Origin: an uncultured Actinomycetes bacterium
GTDB taxonomy: Bacteria > Actinomycetota > UBA4738 > HRBIN12
NCBI GenBank assembly: GCA_963704725.1
Contig: OY969934.1
Span: 128,001-192,000, forward strand
DNA length: 64,000 bases
Reading direction: 5' to 3'
Every line of letters begins with the position of its first letter. Positions within the stretch are counted from its first letter, which is position 1. Shown piece by piece: positions 58,343-64,000 of this stretch. A model generated the notes under the pieces. That model was given only the letters and a program-made list of their open reading frames with translations. It was not told where the DNA came from and did not search any database. A program made the position numbers and the translations under genes.

Positions 58343-60649
58343 TTACCGGGCGGGCCGTAGCAGGAGACGGCGGCGGGCGGCGGCTTCGACCGCGGGGCGG
58401 GTCACAGGGGCCGGCCGCAGCTCGCCGGCGATCCACAGCGGGGCCTGGTCGTTCCAGTGCGGAGAGGCCGGGTTCCCGGACTGCCCGGTCGGAGCGACGG
58501 CCGCCGAGCGGTCGACGTCGCCGAGGTCGGCGACCAGCCGCCACGAGGGCACGACGGCCGGGTCGAAGCCCTCGCGCGCGTCGAACCCGCCCTGCAGGAC
58601 CGTCTGCTCGTCCCCGCCGAGCTCGTGCTCGGCCGCCACGAACAGCGGCGCGAGCCCGGGCATGCGGGCCAGCACGTGGGCGAAGCGCACCCGATGGAGA
58701 CCGCCCCACCGCCACGCGCCACGGTCGGGGCCGAGGCGCTCGGCGAGCAGGGCGATCGCCGCCCGGAGCGACTCGCCCAGGAGAACGTCCCATCCCGCGC
58801 CGTCGGTGGCGGCCCAGGCCGGGGGGTCGCGGCGAAGCAACTCGGGGAGCGCGACGCAGACGAACGCCTCGCGCCACGCGTGGTACCGGTCGAACGCCGC
58901 CCGGTCCCGCGAGACGCCGAGGAGGCGCCGGGCAAGGCTCGACAGCCAGGCGTTGTACAGGGCCGCCGCCGCCGAGTCGGCGCGCTGATCGCCGTCCCAC
59001 GCGCGGAGGATCTCGAGGGCCCACGTCTCGTCCGGTCCCTTCGGCTCGAGCGCCACGAGCCGCGGCAGGAGTGCGCGCGCGGGCAGGGAGATCGTGTCCA
59101 CCTGCATGCGGGCCACGGCCTCGACCGTGAGGGCGTCGCTCGCTGCCCCGATCATCTCGACGATCCGGCGAGCCCGGAACGGCGTGTGGAAGTCCCGGCC
59201 GATCAGGTGGGGATAGCCCGCGTCGTGGGTCCGGTTGTTGGCCGTGACCAGGTACCCCCGCCCGGGGTCCTTCGACCACGGGAGGTCCTCGTACGGGATC
59301 CAGCCGTCCCACTCGTGCTCGGAGGTCCATCCCGGGACCGGCGTCGTCCCGTCGCCCGCCCGGCGGAGCGGGTAGCGCCCCGTGAGCTGGTACCCGATCG
59401 TCCCGTCGACGTCCGCGTACACGACGTTCTGCCCGGGGCAGGCCACGCCCCGCAGCGCCTCCCGGAAGGCCTCGAATCTCGGCGCGGTCGCGGCCTCGAC
59501 CAGCGCGGCCGGCTCCAGGAGCCCGTCCGACGCCGTCCACCGGAGCGCGTAGGCTCGGTCGAGCGGCTCGTACGCGACGTCGGAGACCCCGACCGCCTCC
59601 GTCTCGAGCAGCGGTCCGTGCCGGGTCTCGCGCACGTCGAACGCGACGGGGTCGCCCCCCCGGACGGCGATCACCTCGCGACGGACGCGGAGCGGCTCCC
59701 ACGCCCCGTCGAACTCGGCCGCGGCGCCGTCGGGGCTCAGGCGCTCCTCGTACAGGTCCTGGACGTCGCCGGTCACGTTCGTGATGCCCCACGCGTGGTG
59801 CGGGGTGGTGCCCACGAGGACCCCCGGCGCGAAGGGGAAGGCGACGCCGCGCGCCTCGTAGCCCGGCGCCCGCAGGTGCAGCTCGAACCACGCACCCGGT
59901 TGCTGGACGAGCAGGTGGGGGTCGTTCGCGAGCAACGGCTTTCCGCTCGCCGTCCGCGACCCCGCCACGACCCAGTTGTTCGAGCCCTGGCCCCGGGCTC
60001 GGGGGAGCGCGTCGAGGAGCCCGCCGGCGAGCCCGCCGGCGGCCAGGCCCGGCGGATCCTCGGGGAGCGGGGGGAGCAGGTCGCGGACGGCATCCGGGCC
60101 GAGGCGCTCGGCCAGGTGCACGCGCAGCAGCTCCGAGTCCCAGTTGCCGGAGAGCCCCCACGCCGCCAGCGCGAACGCGGCGGCCCACGCCCCGAGGTCG
60201 GTCGGAAGGTCGACCGGGACGGCGAGGAGCGCGTACTCGACCGGCGGCGCCGGCATGACGGCGGTCCACGCCGCCGCGCCCTCCACGAACCGGCCCACCA
60301 TGGCGCGCGAGACCTCGGTCCACCGCTCGGCCTCGCGCGCGCCGATGACGTGCAATCCGACGACGCGCGCGAACCGGTCGGCGTCGAGCGTCAGCTCGGC
60401 GAACAGCTCCGAGAGCCGGCCGTTCGCGGCCCGAAGGGCCAGGTCGATCTGGAACAACCGCTCGGACGCCGTGACGAAGCCCTGCGCGAACCACAGGTCC
60501 TCGAGGGACCCGGCGCTCAGGTACGGGATCCCCCACCGGTCCCGCAGGACCTCGACCGGGGCGCGCAGGCCGGGGACGTCGAGCTCGCCTTCCAGCGGTG
60601 GGAGCGCCGCCTCGGCGGCGGCCCGGAGCTCCTCGACCCAGTCGTCCAT
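58343..60649 (-). CDS. Penicillin acylase family Ntn-hydrolase (S45); no obvious signal peptide
   Basis: RDRWGIP, AQGF..A.ERLFQ, GSNNW nucleophile, LANDPHL and GQSGNP.SPH motifs. Confidence 0.9.
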   Translation of the reverse strand: MDDWVEELRAAAEAALPPLEGELDVPGLRAPVEVLRDRWGIPYLSAGSLEDLWFAQGFVTASERLFQIDLALRAANGRLSELFAELTLDADRFARVVGLHVIGAREAERWTEVSRAMVGRFVEGAAAWTAVMPAPPVEYALLAVPVDLPTDLGAWAAAFALAAWGLSGNWDSELLRVHLAERLGPDAVRDLLPPLPEDPPGLAAGGLAGGLLDALPRARGQGSNNWVVAGSRTASGKPLLANDPHLLVQQPGAWFELHLRAPGYEARGVAFPFAPGVLVGTTPHHAWGITNVTGDVQDLYEERLSPDGAAAEFDGAWEPLRVRREVIAVRGGDPVAFDVRETRHGPLLETEAVGVSDVAYEPLDRAYALRWTASDGLLEPAALVEAATAPRFEAFREALRGVACPGQNVVYADVDGTIGYQLTGRYPLRRAGDGTTPVPGWTSEHEWDGWIPYEDLPWSKDPGRGYLVTANNRTHDAGYPHLIGRDFHTPFRARRIVEMIGAASDALTVEAVARMQVDTISLPARALLPRLVALEPKGPDETWALEILRAWDGDQRADSAAAALYNAWLSSLARRLLGVSRDRAAFDRYHAWREAFVCVALPELLRRDPPAWAATDGAGWDVLLGESLRAAIALLAERLGPDRGAWRWGGLHRVRFAHVLARMPGLAPLFVAAEHELGGDEQTVLQGGFDAREGFDPAVVPSWRLVADLGDVDRSAAVAPTGQSGNPASPHWNDQAPLWIAGELRPAPVTRPAVEAAARRRLLLRPAR

Positions 60650-60729
60650 CGTCGCCGAGCCTATCGACCGGGTAGGCCGCGCGGCCCTCCCCGGTTGAGC
60701 CGCCACGCCGGGGCTGGAATGATGCGCCC

Positions 60730-62454
60730 ATGACCGACCATCGGCCCTGGTTCCGCGGCTATCCGTCCGTCGTTCCGCGCACGCTCGAGCCGTACCCGGC
60801 GATCTCGGTCTTCGGGATGATGGAGGCGTCGGCCCGCACGTACCCCAGCCGCCCCGCACTCGCGTGGTTCGGTCGCAAGATGAGCTACCGGGACCTGCTC
60901 ACCGAGACCGAGCGCTGCTCGGCGGCGCTGGCCGGGCTCGGGGTGGCCAAGGGCGACCGCGTCGCACTGATCATGCCCAACTGTCCGCAGTACGTGATCG
61001 CGTACTACGCGACGACCAGGCTTGGCGCGATCGTCGTCGGCAACAACCCGCTCTACACGAAGCGGGAGATGGAGCACCAGCTCAAGGACTGCGGGGCCAA
61101 GGTCGTCGTCGTACTCGACCTCCTGTACTCGGACTTCGCCGACGTCTTCAAGACGCTCGCCCTCGAGCACGTCGTTGTCGCCGGACTGCAGGACTACATG
61201 CCGTTCCCGAAGAAGCAGCTCGCCCCGGCGCTGAAGTTCAAGAAGCTCCAGCGCGAGCAGGGCAAGCCGTGGCCCCCGGTCCCGAGCGGCGCGCCCGTGC
61301 TGCGGTGGGAGGCCTGGATGAAGGCGGCCGGCCCCGTCCCCGTCGCGCCGGAGATCGACCCCGTGCGCGACGCCGCCGGATTCATCTACACGGGGGGGAC
61401 GACCGGCATCAGCAAGGGCGCGATGCTCTCGCACCGCAACCTCGTGGCGAACGCGATGCAGGCCGCCGCCTACATCGAGCTCGGCGAGGGCGTCGAGGCG
61501 CTCCTCGGCTCCCTGCCGTTCTTCCACTCGTTCGGGATGCTCGTGATGAACGCCGGGATCGTGCAGGCCGGCAAGCTCATCCCGATCCCCAATCCTCGCG
61601 ACCTCCACCTCGTGATGGAGGAGATCGACAAGGAGAAGCCGACGTTCGTGCCGGGCGTGCCGCGCTTCTTCAACGCGCTGAACGAGTCCCCGCTGGTGAA
61701 GAAGTTCGACCTCACGTCGGTGCGCGCATGCATCTCGGGCGGTGCCCCCCTGCCCACCGCGATCGCCGAACGGTTCGCGGAGATCACGAACGGGGCGGTC
61801 CTCGTCGAGGGCTACGGTCTCACCGAGGCCTCGCCCGTCACCCACGCCAACCCGCTCCACGGGGTCCGCAAGCCCGCGTCGATCGGGCTGCCGCTGCCCG
61901 ACACCGACTGCAAGATCGTCGACCTCGAGAACCCCGACCACGAGCTCGGGCTCGGCGCGCGCGGCGAGCTGTGCGTCCGAGGTCCGCAGGTGATGCTGGG
62001 CTACTGGAACCGGCCCGAGGAGACCGCGCTCACGATCCGTAATGGGTGGCTCCACACCGGCGACGTGGCGATCATGGACGACGACGGCTACTTCCACATC
62101 GTCGACCGGCTCAAGGAGATGATCAACGTTTCCGGCTTCAACGTGTATCCCAACGAGGTCGAGGAGGCCCTGTACCGGCATCCGAAGATCTCGAAGGTCG
62201 CCGTGATCGGCGTCCCCGACCCCAAGACCGGCGAGGCCGTCAAGGCGTTCGTGGTGCTGAAGGAGGGGACCGCGGCCACGGCCGAGGAGATCGTCGCGTG
62301 GGGCCGGGACCCGGCGAACGGGCTCACCGCGTACCGCGCGCCGAAGCAGGTCGAGTTCCGCGACGCCCTTCCCGAGACGATGATCGGCAAGGTGCTCCGC
62401 CGGGTCCTGATGGAGGAGGAGCGCCAAAGGTCCTCGGCCGGCGTGCCGCGGTGA
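60730..62454 (+). CDS. Long-chain fatty acid--CoA ligase
   Basis: YTGGTTGISKG, EGYGLTE, WLHTGD and GFNVYPNEVE motifs. Confidence 0.93.
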   Translation: MTDHRPWFRGYPSVVPRTLEPYPAISVFGMMEASARTYPSRPALAWFGRKMSYRDLLTETERCSAALAGLGVAKGDRVALIMPNCPQYVIAYYATTRLGAIVVGNNPLYTKREMEHQLKDCGAKVVVVLDLLYSDFADVFKTLALEHVVVAGLQDYMPFPKKQLAPALKFKKLQREQGKPWPPVPSGAPVLRWEAWMKAAGPVPVAPEIDPVRDAAGFIYTGGTTGISKGAMLSHRNLVANAMQAAAYIELGEGVEALLGSLPFFHSFGMLVMNAGIVQAGKLIPIPNPRDLHLVMEEIDKEKPTFVPGVPRFFNALNESPLVKKFDLTSVRACISGGAPLPTAIAERFAEITNGAVLVEGYGLTEASPVTHANPLHGVRKPASIGLPLPDTDCKIVDLENPDHELGLGARGELCVRGPQVMLGYWNRPEETALTIRNGWLHTGDVAIMDDDGYFHIVDRLKEMINVSGFNVYPNEVEEALYRHPKISKVAVIGVPDPKTGEAVKAFVVLKEGTAATAEEIVAWGRDPANGLTAYRAPKQVEFRDALPETMIGKVLRRVLMEEERQRSSAGVPR

Positions 62455-62990
62455 GCCGGCCGTTCCTCGACCTCGGCGAGGGTGTCGAGCTCAGGCTGCT
62501 CGAGCCGTCGGACGCCGAGGAGATGTTCGCGCTCGTCGAACGCGACCGGCGCCGCCTCCGTGAGTGGATGCCGTGGGTCGACGGCACGACCTCGCCCAAG
62601 GACTCGCGGGCGTTCGTCGAGCACGCCCGCGACACGGAGCAGCTGGATGGCCTGGGCGTCTTCGTCGACGGCGCCTACGCGGGCGGCATCGGGCTGCGCG
62701 TCGACGCGATGAACCGCTGCGCCGAGATCGGCTACTGGATCGGATCGCCGTGGGAGGGCCGGGGTCTCGTGACCCGGGCGTGCCGGGCGCTGATCGGACA
62801 CGCCTTCGGCGACCTCGGGATGCATCGGGTGGAGATCCGGGCCGCCCAGGACAACCTCCGGAGCCGCGCCGTCCCCGAGCGCCTCGGCTTCACGCAGGAG
62901 GCGGCGCTCCGCGAGTCGGGCCGGGCCGACGCACGCGGGTACGTCGATCTCGTCGTGTACGGCCTGCTCGACCGGGAGTGGACCGCGTGA
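62451..62990 (+). CDS. GNAT acetyltransferase (RimL/RimJ-like)
   Basis: LREWMPW, EIGYWI, GRGLVT and N.RSRAVPERLGF motifs; GTGA overlap. Confidence 0.9.
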   Translation: MSRPFLDLGEGVELRLLEPSDAEEMFALVERDRRRLREWMPWVDGTTSPKDSRAFVEHARDTEQLDGLGVFVDGAYAGGIGLRVDAMNRCAEIGYWIGSPWEGRGLVTRACRALIGHAFGDLGMHRVEIRAAQDNLRSRAVPERLGFTQEAALRESGRADARGYVDLVVYGLLDREWTA

Positions 62991-63682
62991 GCCGGTTCCA
63001 CGCCGCCGTCTTCGACCTGTTCGGCACGCTCGTGTACGAGTTCCCGCGGGACGAGTGGGAGGGGTGGCTCGACACCGCGGCGGCCGTCCTCGAGGTCGAC
63101 CCGGAGGCGTTCCACGGGGCTTGGCGGGCCACCGCCATCGATCGGCAGACCGGCCGGGCCGGCGACATCGAGGAGAACCTGCGGACGGTGGCCGCTCGCG
63201 CCGGCGCGTGGCCGACCGACGCGCAGATCACCGAGATCCTCGAGTCCCGGGCCGAGCTCTACCGCAAGTGGTTCGTCCCCCGGCCGAGCGCCGAAGAGAC
63301 CCTGCGAGAGCTGCGCCGGCGACGGGTGCCCACCGCGCTCATCAGCATGTGCGCTCCAGACACGCCGTCGCTGTGGCGCGCCGGCCCCCTCGCCGGGCTG
63401 ATCGACGTCGAGGTCTTCTCGTGCGAGGTCATGCTCCGAAAGCCCGAACCCGAGATCTACCGGCTCGCCTGCGAGCGGCTCGGCGTGGACCCGGCCGGAT
63501 GCCTGTACGTGGGCGACGGCGCGTACGGCGAGCTGACCGGCGCCGCGGCGGTGGGCATGCACGCCGTCCTGATCCGCGATCCAGAGGACGCCGCGGTGGA
63601 GGTCCTGCGCCTGGAGGCCGAGGAGTGGTCCGGCCCGGCGATCCCCGACCTGATCGAGGTCCTCCGCCTGTTCGAGGGCTGA
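62987..63682 (+). CDS. HAD-family hydrolase
   Basis: FDLFGTL, RKPEPEIY and YVGDG motifs; GTGA overlap. Confidence 0.88.
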   Translation: MSRFHAAVFDLFGTLVYEFPRDEWEGWLDTAAAVLEVDPEAFHGAWRATAIDRQTGRAGDIEENLRTVAARAGAWPTDAQITEILESRAELYRKWFVPRPSAEETLRELRRRRVPTALISMCAPDTPSLWRAGPLAGLIDVEVFSCEVMLRKPEPEIYRLACERLGVDPAGCLYVGDGAYGELTGAAAVGMHAVLIRDPEDAAVEVLRLEAEEWSGPAIPDLIEVLRLFEG

Positions 63683-63718
63683 GGGAACCAGGGGGTCCCC
63701 AACCGGGTCTTGCCCGGT

Positions 63719-64000
63719 GTGCGTCGCTCGATCGCCGCGCTGTGCGTGACCGCGTCCCTCGTGGCCGCCTGTGACGCATCCGACCGCGCCACGACACCGT
63801 CGTCCCCGAGCCCCGCCGCCCGGGTCGCGGTGTCGGCCGCCCCGGTCGCCTCCGCCGATCCGTGGTTCGCCTATCCCATCGGGTGGACCAGGCTCCGCAC
63901 GCCTCCCCAGCATCGGAGCGGCGAGTCGTGGGTCTGGGTCGGTGACGAGTTGGTCGTCGCCGGTGGCTGCGACCCTGGCGTCCCTGATCACTGCCGCGAG
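63719..64000 (+). CDS. Putative lipoprotein, possibly Kelch-like (partial, runs off window end)
   Basis: MRRSIAALCVTASLVAAC lipobox; W..L..P...R....VWVGDELVVAGG. Confidence 0.55.
   Translation, partial: MRRSIAALCVTASLVAACDASDRATTPSSPSPAARVAVSAAPVASADPWFAYPIGWTRLRTPPQHRSGESWVWVGDELVVAGGCDPGVPDHCRE

Overview
This is a high-GC Actinomycetota chromosome segment spanning the replication origin; a deep-branching or uncultured lineage is inferred from gene order and divergent core proteins. The backbone is the classic actinobacterial oriC region: trxB-trxA-cwlM-like ... parB-parA-rsmG(parS)-jag-yidC-yidD-rnpA-rpmH | dnaA-oriC-dnaN-recF-DUF721-gyrB-gyrA-DUF3566-tRNA-Ile-DLW-39-like ... tRNA-Ala ... 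crgA, with accessory genes interleaved. The main find is a translationally coupled Mau-like operon (25990-28827). It encodes a MauD-like CxxC membrane thioredoxin, a Tat-exported 10-Cys protein resembling the methylamine dehydrogenase light chain but with only one Trp, a MauF/CcdA-like + MauE fusion, and a secreted protein. No MauB or MauG is nearby. The fusion's frame starts at 27017 and carries an in-frame TGA (27092-27094) in a P-U-G-L-S-M motif followed by a SECIS-like hairpin, so it is a candidate selenoprotein that the ORF track truncates. Other notable items: a DnaA-box cluster just downstream of crgA, recurring CCCCA-type DnaA boxes with an altered DnaA recognition helix, an unusual GyrA QRDR (HGLEA), a ParA with a ~200-aa acidic tail, a MazEF mini-island bounded by a degenerate tRNA-Ala 3' repeat, a hybrid GAF-HK-REC-LuxR regulator before an aldolase-HAD-dhaLK operon, and several unannotated small ORFs. 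All family calls are from motif recognition only; no database searches were run.
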